A stretch of 63,698 nt of DNA, counting the filler, from Octopus bimaculoides (lineage: Eukaryota): NCBI RefSeq assembly GCF_001194135.2. It is 9 parts of 8 records of this genome, joined end to end, with 100 filler letters (N's around TTAATTAATTAA, not from the genome) between each part and the next. Parts side by side here need not be neighbours in the genome. Positions count along the whole stretch, not along the records: positions 30,251 to 36,073 come from NC_068982.1; positions 36,174 to 40,930 come from NC_068983.1; positions 41,031 to 47,160 come from NC_068982.1; 6 more parts are not named here. One strand, 5' to 3'. The notes beneath the pieces were generated by a model that was not told where the DNA came from, did not search any database, and was given only the letters and a program-made list of their open reading frames with translations. Shown here one piece after another: positions 34,306 to 47,152 of this stretch. Position numbers and translations under genes: made by a program. Position 1 is the first letter of the stretch; every line of letters begins with the position of its first letter.

Positions 34306-34794
34306 AAAGATCATCTGAACATGTAAGGAACACAGTTTGTTGCTACAAGAAATACAGGCAACTATAACCACTAAGACAGCAAACACAGGCAACTATAACC
34401 ACTACTACAACACTAGAATAACCACCACCACCACCACCACCACTACACTGCTGTCACCACCCAACTATAACCGTCACCTCTACATTACAAATATCATATC
34501 ACTGTTATGCCCGTCGCTACGATTACTACCAATACCACCATCATTATCACCAACACTACCACCGCCATTAGTCAATGAGAGATCCCCTGGATGATCACTG
34601 TACCTGATAGAAACAACATCTTTATATAAAAAGAAAAAGGACACATTGAATAGTGTAGTCCAAGGTAACACTGTGAAACGAAAAATAACTGGATGGTCAC
34701 TGACTGAATATACTTTCGATCAAATCACCACCATATTTGCTGCCACAGTGGTCGTTTCGTTCCTGATCTTATTGTTGTTGCTGTAGTTACATTT

Positions 34795-36075
<1,281 letters not shown>

Positions 36076-36173
36076 NNNNNNNNNNNNNNNNNNNNNNNNN
36101 NNNNNNNNNNNNNNNNNTTAATTAATTAANNNNNNNNNNNNNNNNNNNNNNNNNNNNNNNNNNNNNNNNNNNN

Positions 36174-36210
<37 letters not shown>

Positions 36211-36500
36211 CATCGATACATAACCTTGTGTATGCAAGCAAAACATACACACACAATATAAATATTTACGTTGCATAAATACTTTTGTGTGTAAATATGC
36301 ATCAGTAAGCATCTTTTCCTATTAATGGTATGCGCACGTGTGTGTGTGTGTATGTAACTACGAGTGTATGTGAGTGCATGAGGGTGTGCTTGCATATAGG
36401 TGTATGAGAGCATATATACATATATGTGTACGTATATGTTTGTATGCATGTGTACATATCGTGTGTGTGTGTGTGCGTACATATATGCATATATGTATGC

Positions 36501-36562
<62 letters not shown>

Positions 36563-39464
36563 ATGTATGTCTGTTTGGAAGAAGCAATCAATGCTCTCCA
36601 ACCATAATTTATATGTCCATAAATATTGAAGTCGCCTGTTAAAGATACTCGAATTGTTTCAATTCTGTTTAATACAATCGTTATTTACTACTGTAGGTGG
36701 GAGGAGGGATGATGGTGGGATGCGCTAGTATTGAATGACGTGTAAATTGGGCAGGGGATGGAGATAAGTATTGACGATATGAAGAAGAAAGAGTATTTAT
36801 GGTGCGTAAAAGGTAAAAGGCAAAAGAAGATTGTATTGATGTAGTGGTAGGAGAAGAGAAAGTCTATGCAGTGTGTAGTCGGAGGAAAGAGGAAGGGGGT
36901 TGTATTGATGATGTAGTAGAAGTTTTCCAAAGATTTCCACAATTCGACTCTGATAGACTTTAAGACAATTAAATGGTTTCTTTTGGAGCAGACGTAAGGT
37001 CTTTTGCTGTAACGATTGTCGGGTCGTTTAGTTGATTTATAGACACCCACTTTTCTGTCTTTCACTCTCTGTTTCTCTCACAATATACACATATATATAT
37101 ATATAAATGTATGTATGTATGTAGGGAAGTTGGTAGGTAGGTATAATTTAAAACGTAAAGCAAACTTATTAGCATATATTTTTAGCAAGCTCGTATTTTT
37201 AGTATACGCACACCAATAGTTACGCTGCAAATTGACATTATATTTATACATAGTACAAAATTTGAAATTTGGTGGAAGAGGAATAGTAGGTTATAGCGAC
37301 TTCGGTACTCGATAGGTACTTCATTTGATCGAAACCCCAGTGGGACGAAAAGTAAAGTTGACCTCGATAGCACATGAACTCAGAATGTAAAGAGCCGGAA
37401 GAAAGAATGTAAAGAATTTTCCGACATTAACGCTTATGAGAATCTACTCCCTATATGTAACATGTAGGTTTCACACTTTGGCAGAAGACCTTCAGTTTCG
37501 GTGGAGGGGATTAGTCGATTACATCGGCCCCAGTGTTCAACGGGTCCTTATTTTATCAACCCCAAAGAATGAAAGCAAAGTCGACTCCGGCGGAATTTGA
37601 ACTCAAAACGTAGACACGGACAAAATGCCTGAAGCAATACAATATAAGCAATTCAAGTGTGATGTTGTCAACGTTAATTGTGTATAGTTGTTTAGATCAC
37701 ACATTGTAGGGGTATTATCTGAGTTTTATTTACGACCAAGTGGTTCATTAACGGATAGGAGCAGCTTTCCATTATATCATTAATTAAATTTATTGATCAT
37801 TGTATTAATTAGTAGAAAGGCAAATCTTATTGAGAGCGTGAATGAACTCGATCACCTACAGACTAAAAATGATCTCTATACAGTTATTTGATCTTCGCTA
37901 ATAGCAACCAATTGTCCCTCAAATCACACTTTTGAACAGGAACGGCACAATGGATAGAAAATAATGTTCATAATATGTTTGAAAGGAAAAAAATAGGTTA
38001 TTCGTGATTAAAGTACTTTTTATAGATCTGATCGATGACAAATTTTACTAAAATAACAATTAGCATTACAAGGAAGCGAGTATTACAAGACGGTGAGACC
38101 GAGATGGTTGCGGAGATTACAAAGAGACGGGACCGAGATAAAACCGAACATCATAGAAGGTGGGATTAAGGTAACACTGAACATTACAAGGAGCCGGGAG
38201 TTAGGTACACAAGAAAGCGAAACCAAGGCGACAGTAAACATTACAAGATTACAGCCAAATTTATTCTACTTCCTCTTATTTGACTGCCTTCTATCACGTT
38301 ATTTTATCTTAAAGAAAGAACGGCCAGTTGGAAAATAATGTAGTTCTAAATATATAACCTGGAAAGCAAATGGAGTTGGAGGTGGCTCAAATACCGTTGA
38401 TCATATGGCTGAGTAAGGCTGATCAAAAACAACAAACAACAACACCAAATATTTATAAACTAATAAAACTAAATAAATATAAATGTCTTTTTTTGTTGAT
38501 ATTTTGGTGGTGTTTTTAATTTTTTTTTTGGGGGGGGGGNNNNNNNNNNTTTTGGGGGGGGGTGCAAAACAAGGTGGGGCTGCTTAAAAGTCTTTCAAAT
38601 CTTACGACTTAATTCTATCTTCCTATTTGTTAGACAAACAATTCCAGCTATGTCTCACAAACAACAATGTCGGTTATTGATCCTAAATACTTCAGCCTGA
38701 CGCCATTGCCTAATTTCAACTTTTAATGAGTTTTATTTTATTCTATTTTTTTTATGGAACTTGCGAAAGAAATAATTGACTAAGGAAAAAAGGAAGAAAC
38801 TACTGATGACTTGTTTTGTATGTTATATTACTGTTTACGGCGACGACGGTGACGACGGCAGCCTCGGCACTGGGGGTGATGGTTATAATGATGTAGTGGT
38901 GGTGGTCGTCGTGCTAGTGGTGGTAATATTGTGTTGTATAACTATGTTGCTCATGCCCTTATATATAATTGCGTATGGTTCTGGCTCAACCTCTTGAATA
39001 TAATACAGCTGTGGTGATAATCATGTCTCTGCTTGTAAATAGGTATCTATGTAAACATTGCTGTTGTCGTTTGTTTTAGTTGTCGTTGTTGTGGCAGTCG
39101 TTAATAAATTGTTTTAGTTATTTCTATTTTCACTTATGTATATATTCTTTTATTTTTCATTGGCTCTGCCTGTTAAAATTTACATTTTTATTTATTTATT
39201 TCTTTTTTTTTTGTTACGAAAGAAAGATTTCATTCAAATAAGTATTTTGCCATGTAATGTACGATCGAAATGCTAAGCGGTATTTCGTCTGTGTGACACC
39301 GGTTGAAATGTTTAGCGGTGTAGCCTCTCCGTGAGATTGGATTGTTACTAGTTATTTGAGTGCGTCTGTACAGTAAGTGCAAGTTTACATTGACTGTTTT
39401 TGTGTGTTCTTGTTATAACTATTGTGTGATAGTCTTCGTTTCAAAACTATCGTGTGTTTTCCCT

Positions 39465-40514
39465 ATGGGGGAAACAGTAATTGCTGGTAAGATGCCGAAT
39501 AATGTATCTTCGTCTGGCGAAGAGGAGTCAACAGGAGGAAAAAATATAGAAAATTTATTGTTTGGAGAAGTTTCGGATTCTTCTGGAGAGGAGTTTCCAA
39601 GTCGAGCAAATTGTACCGTTACAACGAGGAACATAAATGTGAAAAGCATACAAACAGAAGAAGAACAAAAAAGAAGTTTTGCGTCGGCGGCTGGAGGTGG
39701 AACCCACCAGCTGTCGACAAACAAAAGAGACATATTAAAATACAAAGACATGTTAAAAATTGAAAACGGTGTTGTCAAAGTTCAACCAGCGGAAGAATTT
39801 TTATTAACAGAAAAAAAAACAATTATTTTAAAAGTTTACTGCAAAAAAGGAAGGAAAATCGAGCGAGTCAGCGAAGAAAGAATTGAACAATGTCTAAAGC
39901 CCAATTGGCAGGACATTACTTATCTAGCAAGAAGCAAAAAATTCGGTACCATTGAGGTACATTTAAAAAACATTGAAACTGCACAAGTGCACTCTGTAAA
40001 ATCCTTGGAAACCGAGGATATAATTTTAATACCGATTTACATGAGGATGAGGACATCCAATGTAAAAATAACAAAGGTCCCACTTCAAATTGACCCAATG
40101 TGGTTGATGGCGGTGGTCCTGACAAAGAAGGTAGATGAGGTAAATATACTTCAAGCTATCGTCACCGAAAAACCATATTGGATAGGCCACATGGTCCACT
40201 TATTAATTCAAGGAGAACAGGCTGTAATTGAACAACTTCCAAAAAAAATAGAAGTTGGGGAGGAGTTGTTCCTCAGCGTTTTTGTCGGGGGTCGAAAGCC
40301 CCGGTGTTTTTTGTGCGGCAAATTAGGCCACATTCGAAGGAACTGCATGGAAAATAAGGAAGACGAGGAAGAGGAGAAAGAAGAAAAAGAGGAAGAAGAA
40401 GAAAAAGAAGAAAAAGACGAGAAGAAAACAACAAACAAAAGAAAAATGCAATCAGCAGCTCAACCGAGAGTGTCGACTACTATAGAACAACGACCAACAA
40501 AAGCAGCAAAATGA
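39465..40514 (+). CDS. ORF1 (gag-like, CCHC zinc knuckle) of an L1/Tx1-like non-LTR retrotransposon
   Basis: The frame is open from 39360, with the first ATG at 39465. CX2CX4HX4C motif CFLCGKLGHIRRNC (40305-40346) is followed by an acidic/basic tract, and an endonuclease-like ORF2 start lies downstream. Confidence 0.85.
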   Translation: MGETVIAGKMPNNVSSSGEEESTGGKNIENLLFGEVSDSSGEEFPSRANCTVTTRNINVKSIQTEEEQKRSFASAAGGGTHQLSTNKRDILKYKDMLKIENGVVKVQPAEEFLLTEKKTIILKVYCKKGRKIERVSEERIEQCLKPNWQDITYLARSKKFGTIEVHLKNIETAQVHSVKSLETEDIILIPIYMRMRTSNVKITKVPLQIDPMWLMAVVLTKKVDEVNILQAIVTEKPYWIGHMVHLLIQGEQAVIEQLPKKIEVGEELFLSVFVGGRKPRCFLCGKLGHIRRNCMENKEDEEEEKEEKEEEEEKEEKDEKKTTNKRKMQSAAQPRVSTTIEQRPTKAAK

Positions 40515-40825
40515 AACCGACCACAAATAACAGGAAAGAAGTGGAGAACAGAGGGATAGTAGCACTTAACAGCAAAAATGTTGATTTAATGAGAGAAATA
40601 AAAGCAAAAAAATCAGCCACCAGAATAGCTGAACTGTCTGAAAAATTTCAAAATTATGAACTATACGAAATGGATTCAAAGATTCATAAGATGTTATTAA
40701 CTACTTACAGAACATCTGTATCGGCAATGAGACTGGAATTTAACCAGTCCATTTTTCAAGACTTGCCACCTCCGACCCTATGTCAAAAAAAGGTGAAGAG
40801 TCCCTCTCCACCGGACAAGCCCTGA
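40511..40825 (+). CDS. 104-aa ORF between ORF1 and ORF2 (extra ORF, or frameshifted ORF1 tail)
   Basis: Its ATG overlaps the ORF1 stop as ATGA (40511-40514). No recognisable domain. Confidence 0.5.
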   Translation: MKPTTNNRKEVENRGIVALNSKNVDLMREIKAKKSATRIAELSEKFQNYELYEMDSKIHKMLLTTYRTSVSAMRLEFNQSIFQDLPPPTLCQKKVKSPSPPDKP

Positions 40826-40839
40826 TTAACAGGTAAGAC

Positions 40840-40930
40840 ATGTCTGTTGACATTGGTTGTTTAAATGTTCGTGGCCTGTTGTCTAGCTGGAAGCAAGGAC
40901 GCTTCCTAAAGGACATCAGGTCAAGAAAAT
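40840..40930 (+). CDS. Start of ORF2 (APE endonuclease N-terminus) of the Tx1-like element, cut by a gap
   Basis: MSVDIGCLNVRGLLSSWKQGRFLKDIRSRN; LNVRGL matches the (S/W/L)NVxGL motif at the start of L1/Tx1 endonucleases. Confidence 0.8.
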
Positions 40931-41059
40931 NNNNNNNNNNNNNNNNNNNNNNNNNNNNNNNNNNNNNNNNNNNNTTAATTAATTAANNNNNNNNNNNNNN
41001 NNNNNNNNNNNNNNNNNNNNNNNNNNNNNNATAAATATATATATGGAAATGTGCTGTGC

Positions 41060-41490
41060 GTGAGAAGACCCGGCAAGCCAAGTGAGATCGTTGCCAGTGC
41101 CCCTGGACTGGCACTTGTGCAGGTGGCACATAAGATGTACCATCCTGAGCGTGACCGTTGCCAGTACCGCCTGACTGGCCTTGTAGGGTTTTCGAGCGAG
41201 ATCGTTGCCAGTGCCCCTGGACTGGCTTTTGTGCGGGTGGCACATAAAAAACACCATTTCGAGCGTGGCCGTTGCCAGTACCGCCTGACTGGCCTTCGTG
41301 CGAGTGACACGTAAAAGCACCCACAACACTCTCTGAGTGGTTGGCGTTAGGAAGGGCATCCAGCTGTAGAAACTCTGCCAAATTAGATTGGAGCCTGATG
41401 TTGCCATCCGGTTTCACCAGTCCTCAGTCAAATCGTCCAACCCATGCTAGCTTGGAAAGCGGACGTTAAACGATGATGATGATGATGATG
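41060..41490 (+). mobile_element. RTE 3' UTR fragment with an internal ~120-bp tandem duplication
   Basis: GAGATCGTTGCCAGTGCCCCTGGACTGGC occurs twice. The tail GGAAGGGCATCCAGC...CCAACCCATGCTAGC...(GAT)n matches 5060-5240. Confidence 0.8.
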
Positions 41491-41699
41491 ACACACTGCT
41501 TTATGTGTGTGTCTGTGTGTGTACATACAAATATGCATGTGAACACACATACATATATCATCATCCTCTAACGTACACTTTTCCATTCTTGCATAGGTTG
41601 GAGGCAGATTTTCCTGTGGCTAGATGCTCTTCCTAACACTAGCCTATACCTGAGTAATAGCTCACAAGGTAATATATATATATACATTCTTTTATTTGT

Positions 41700-41898
41700 T
41701 TTAGTCATTTGACTCCAGCCAGGCTGGAGCACCACCTTTAGCCGAACAAATCGACCCCAAGACTTATTCTTTGCAAGACTTATTCTATTAGTCTCTTTTG
41801 CCACACCACTAAGTTATGGGAACGGGGACATAAACACTCCAACATCAGTTGTCAAGCGATGTTGTGGGGGTGGGGGACAAACACAGACACATAAACAT

Positions 41899-41900
<2 letters not shown>
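41700..41900 (+). mobile_element. SINE family C
   Basis: GTCATTTGACT...CTGGAGCACCACCTTTAGCCGAACAAATCGACCCC...CAGTTGTCAAGCGATG...GGGGACAAACACAGACAC. Confidence 0.8.
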
Positions 41901-41943
<43 letters not shown>

Positions 41944-42344
41944 NNNNNNNNNNNNNNNNNNNNNNNNNNNNNNNNNNNNNNNNNNNNNNNNNNNNNNNNN
42001 NNNNNNNNNNNNNNNNNNNNNNNNNNNNNNNNNNNNNNNNNNNNNNNNNNNNNNNNNNNNNNNNNNNNNNNNNNNNNNNNNNNNNNNNNNNNNNNNNNNN
42101 NNNNNNNNNNNNNNNNNNNNNNNNNNNNNNNNNNNNNNNNNNNNNNNNNNNNNNNNNNNNNNNNNNNNNNNNNNNNNNNNNNNNNNNNNNNNNNNNNNNN
42201 NNNNNNNNNNNNNNNNNNNNNNNNNNNNNNNNNNNNNNNNNNNNNNNNNNNNGAATCATTTGCCCAAGGTACCATGCAGTGGAACTGAATTTGGAACCAT
42301 GTGGTTGGTAAGCAAGCTACTTACCACACAGCTACTCCTGTGCC

Positions 42345-42422
<78 letters not shown>

Positions 42423-43280
42423 GAGGGTGTCCATAAAGTTACTATACAGTTAGGCCAAAAATGATATGCTTGCTGAGGCCTAAGAAGCCCAAAGAAACCA
42501 ATTTGCTGTGCTAGTTCAGAAATTGGTATCAAATGAACATCAATTCATAAAGTACTTACAAATTGCAATATGAAACCTTACATTCTGCACCTAATTCACG
42601 GACTTCTAGAGGTTGATCCGGATCGCAGGTCTCAATTTTGCGAACAGTCTGTAAGTCAAGGAAGCCAAGAAGTACTGAAGATCTTCGGCAGTTCATTATT
42701 GATGCATTTGCTAACCTTGATTGAGACTTGTGTACCAAAGTTTGTCACAGGGTGCTTTCATATTGTCGAGAACACATTGAAGCTAATGGCTCTCAATTTA
42801 AACATTTATTATAACTGTAGTAAATGAAATTGATTGCTTATATTGCTACAGTATCTTCTAATGTAATACATATATTTTCTAAAAACCTTTTTAGTCTAAC
42901 CATGCATGGAGGTGCAATGGCCCAGTGGTTAGGGCAAGGGACTCGCAGTTGGAGAATCGTGGTTTCGATTCCCAGACTGGGCGTTGTGCGTGTTTATTGA
43001 GTGAAAACACTTAAAGCTCCACGAGGCTCCGGCAGGGAGTGATGGTGACCCCTGTTGTACTCATTCGCCACAACTTTCTCTCACTCTTTCTTCCTGTTTC
43101 TTGAGCAATGCTGCGATGGACTGGTGTCCCGTCCAGCTGGGGAGAACACATATGGCATAGAAACCGGGAAACCGGGCCCATGAGCCTGGCTAGGTTTTAA
43201 AAAGGGTACATAAATAAATAAATAAATAAATGATATTTCTTTATTACAAGTAACTGTACTGTAACTTTACAGGCACCCTG
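42423..43280 (+). mobile_element. Deleted Tc1/mariner-superfamily element (CAGGGTG-type TIRs, TA flanks) with a nested SINE
   Basis: TA|GAGGGTGTCCATAAAGTTACTATACAGTT vs AACTGTACTGTAACTTTACAGGCACCCTG|TA. Internal KPYILHLIHGLLEVDPDRRSQFCE resembles the N-terminal transposase region. Confidence 0.75.
42908..43230 (+). mobile_element. tRNA-derived SINE family D, full length with a (TAAA)n tail
   Basis: A-box-like TGGCCCAGTGGTTAGGGC, B-box-like GGTTTCGATTCCC. A 5'-truncated copy lies at ~58407-58680. Confidence 0.85.
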
Positions 43281-44358
43281 TATGTATGTATGTATATACA
43301 AATGAGTAAGTAATTGAAAGAAAAGGGCACACAACATATTTAGTAGGAGTTACATGTATTATTTAAAACAGTTTGATTTGGTTTCATGTGACTTGAAGTT
43401 TCCCAGGCCTCTAACAGAAGCCCATCTCTTTCAGTGCAACATGATGGCCTCTACTTTGAATGCTAGGCTGCTTTTGTTGTAACTTGACAAATAAACCAAA
43501 TAAGTTACTAATATATTGCAAAACTTTTGACTCAACACTATATATGAATGCCCCAAACCTCACATATGCATGTGCTCACATTTTTTGCGGATGCTTGTAT
43601 AAGTGAGTGTACTCGTGACATGCAGCTTGCCTGAGGGTATTTATACATCCATATCTATTAATGGTTATTTTTAATACTTTTCTCACTGGATTGCGTGTTT
43701 GTTTCTCTTTTTGTCATCTGCGATTTCATTTTTGATCTTCTATATAAATGAAGATATTTTCTCCATCTGGCTGTTTTTCTCTCTACAAAATGGAAAGTTA
43801 CATTGCGAAACAGTCATTTTAATGTGTTGTATTTTTTTTTATTTATCTATCACCCGATGAGATACATCTGCACCACAGGATGCTCCTGAACCAGTTGTTG
43901 AGTGTCCCACCCAAGAGGAATCGATGCTTGATGTGTTGAAACAATTGTTGTGATTAATAATAAATTCTCGTATATTCCATCTTCTTTCTTTCATTTGTTA
44001 TATATANNNNNNNNNNNNNNNNNNNNNNNNNNNNNNNNNNNNNNNNNNNNNNNNNNNNNNNNNNNNNNNNNNNNNNNNNNNNNNNNNNNNNNNNNNNNNN
44101 NNNNNNNNNNNNNNNNNNNNNNNNNNNNNNNNNNNNNNNNNNNNNNNNNNNNNNNNNNNNNNNNNNNNNNNNNNNNNNNNNNNNNNNNNNNNNNNNNNNN
44201 NNNNNNNNNNNNNNNNNNNNNNNNNNNNNNNNNNNNNNNNNNNNNNNNNNNNNNNNNNNNNNNNNNNNNNNNNNNNNNNNNNNNNNNNNNNNNNNNNNNA
44301 CATCCATTTGTTGTTTACACCACCTGTCTTCGTCTGTTGTTTTTTTGTGAATTCTCCT

Positions 44359-44401
<43 letters not shown>

Positions 44402-44963
44402 CTCCTACTTTCATTGAATTCTTTAAATGATTTTCTTTTTTCTTCTTTTGTCTGTTTTAAAAGAAAGTCAAAAGTGACATTAAAGTAATAACAAAATTAA
44501 TCACAGAAGGTATATTAATATTGCTAATCATCAAATCATCAAGTTTATTGTTGTTGTTTCAATAAAACTATCTGCTCTGAAAAAGATTTGACATAAAATT
44601 AATGTGAGGTTTTAATTAACTTATTCATAATGTTTCAATCTTTATACAAAGAATATCATAGGACAATAATGAAGAATCAAAACTCACATCATTCTACTTC
44701 TCAAAATGTAGACTAATGAGTATAAACTTATGTACATATGCATGCATTTATTGGTAATCTTCATGAGTAAAACTAAGGAATTTGAGAAGTGTTTGATAGT
44801 TTGGATAAGGAATGCTTATATTTATGTTACACATGTACACGTGTGTTAGTCTGTGTCTTATCTGTTATACATGTATATATGTGTGTGTGTGTGTGTCTGT
44901 ATGTGTGTGTGCATGCATGCATGCATGCAATGTGAGTGAGCATGCAAGCGTGCATGTGTACAT

Positions 44964-45005
<42 letters not shown>

Positions 45006-46029
45006 CACACAGAAATATATGCACACACATTAATATATATTATGCATTAATCTGAAACATCATGTCACTGAGTTATTTCTGCCAATGGATTTAGGGGTCG
45101 TTAGTTTTTATTTTTAATCCCAATTCAGTGTTGAGAAAGGTATCATATTTGATATGGTTTACACTAAAATCTTGCATGTATCATAAAACACATATATGCT
45201 TATGTGTATATGGTTGTATACACATGCACACACACGTGAATATGTATATTTGTGTGTATATATATATATATGTGTATGTGTGTGTCTGTGTGTGTGTCTG
45301 TGTGTGCATGTCTGTGTGTGTGTGTGTGTGTGTGTGCGTGTGTGTGTGTGCACATAAATGTGTGTGTACAAGCAAATATGATTTAATAGCGTATACTACT
45401 TAGTAGTATGTATTATGTTTTTGCAAAACTGTTTCTTTGGTGCTTATGCACTTGCAAGCAAGATATAGATAGGTAGATCTCCACTCTCAACCCTTCAATC
45501 CATTTGTATGTGTGTGTATGTGTGTGTGTGTGGTGTGTGGGCGCGCACGTGTGTGTGTGTGCGTGTGTGTGTGTGAAGGCATATGGCTCAGTGTTTAGAC
45601 ATGAGAAAGTGAGTTCAATTGCCAGACCAGGCTGGGTGTTGTGTTCTTGAGCAAGGTACTTTATTTCACATTGTTCCAATTCACTCAGCTGTATAAATAA
45701 GTTGCGATGTCACTGGTGCCAAGCTGTATTGGTCTTTGCCTTTCCTTTGGACAACATCAGTGTTGTGGAAAGGGGAGACTGGTATGTATAGGTGACTGCT
45801 GGTCTTCCATAAACGACTTTACCTGGGTTTGTGCCTTGGAGGGGAACTTTCTATGTGCAATCCCATGGTCATTCATGACCAAAGGGGTTTTTACTCTTTT
45901 ATATAGACATGTCAGAAGTAAATAGACACCCCATGAAACATCGTTTTATGTTTATTTCTATTTGTAAAGGCTTGCATTTTTTATTAATTGGCATTCTTAT
46001 GTTTCAGGTTCTATATGTGACTGCCTAAT

Positions 46030-46800
46030 CATGCCATGTACAAAAGAAGCCTTGGAGCCGTCTGAATTTCAAAGAGGCCATACCAAGGTGAACATAGCAT
46101 AAAATCACAGAAAACCTTGGGATCCTGTTTTCTGCTGTTAATAGAGTGATTGTGCAATTCATCAGAGAGGAGAAGGAGTCCAGATCAACCAGGGAACCTC
46201 TGACTGGACCCTTTTTTTTTTTTGTTAAGAAAGTGTGGAGGATAATCCTCGTTGCAAGGCCTCTGACATAGCAGAACAAGTTAATGTCAGTCCCAGAACA
46301 GCTGTCAGGTATCTCCACAAACTTGGTTACTGTGGCAGTGCAGCATGAAGGAAGCCACTTCTTCGACCAGCCAACATCAAGCAGAGAAAAGATTGGACCA
46401 GTGAGGTGGTAGAGAGGCCACTAGCATTTTGGGACACTATCATATTCTCTGATGAGTCCAGAGCTGCTGTATTACCTGACAATAGTTGAGTTTCGGTCTG
46501 GAGACTCAGTGATCAAGAGTTTGATGTGAAAAGATTGCAGCCAACAATGAAACATGGCAGCTATTCTGTGATGGTCTGGAGAGCAATTTGGAGCAATGGT
46601 GGAGTGTGAGGGAAACATAAACTCAAATAAATATATGTCCATATTGCAGAAAGGACTCTTTCCAATCTTCTCAAGTGGTGAAATGATTAAGGAAGACTCT
46701 TTATTTATGGAAGATGGGGCTCCTTGTCATATGGCTAAAATGACCCTTGATTTGTTGGAAGAGAATGGCATTAAAAAGTTTCTATGACCAAGCCAGTCAC
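46030..46800 (+). mobile_element. Tc1-family transposase pseudogene
   Basis: [57 protein letters not shown], with stops and frameshifts. Confidence 0.85.
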
Positions 46801-47111
46801 ATTTCTCCAAGAGTGGCAGACTCAGATTCTAAAATTGAACACCAACAAAATCAATCTCACTAGTTTGGTTTTGGTGGGGAGACTGTGAATGACATCTTTT
46901 ATCTTTATTCTTTGTGGCCATACTGGAGCACAGCTTTGAAATTTTAATCTAATGTAATGACCCCCCAGGACTTATTGCTTTAAAGTCTAGTACTTACTCT
47001 ATCAGTCACTTTTGCTGAACCACTAATGTTACAAGTTACAGGGATATAAACACACTAGCACTGGTTGTCAAGTGAGTGAGAGACAAACACACACACATAT
47101 TCATACATACA

Positions 47112-47152
<41 letters not shown>

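Noticed and set aside
36688-37065. 125-aa minus-strand ORF with a hydrophobic C-half
   Set aside because: GTG start, no splice or domain support; the hydrophobicity comes from a pyrimidine-rich strand.
39419-40438. Antisense ORFs overlapping Tx1 ORF1
   Set aside because: Shadow ORFs of a real, compositionally biased coding strand.
42908-42985. tRNA gene
   Set aside because: Has A/B boxes but no clean cloverleaf, and continues into a multicopy body with a (TAAA)n tail, so it is a SINE head.
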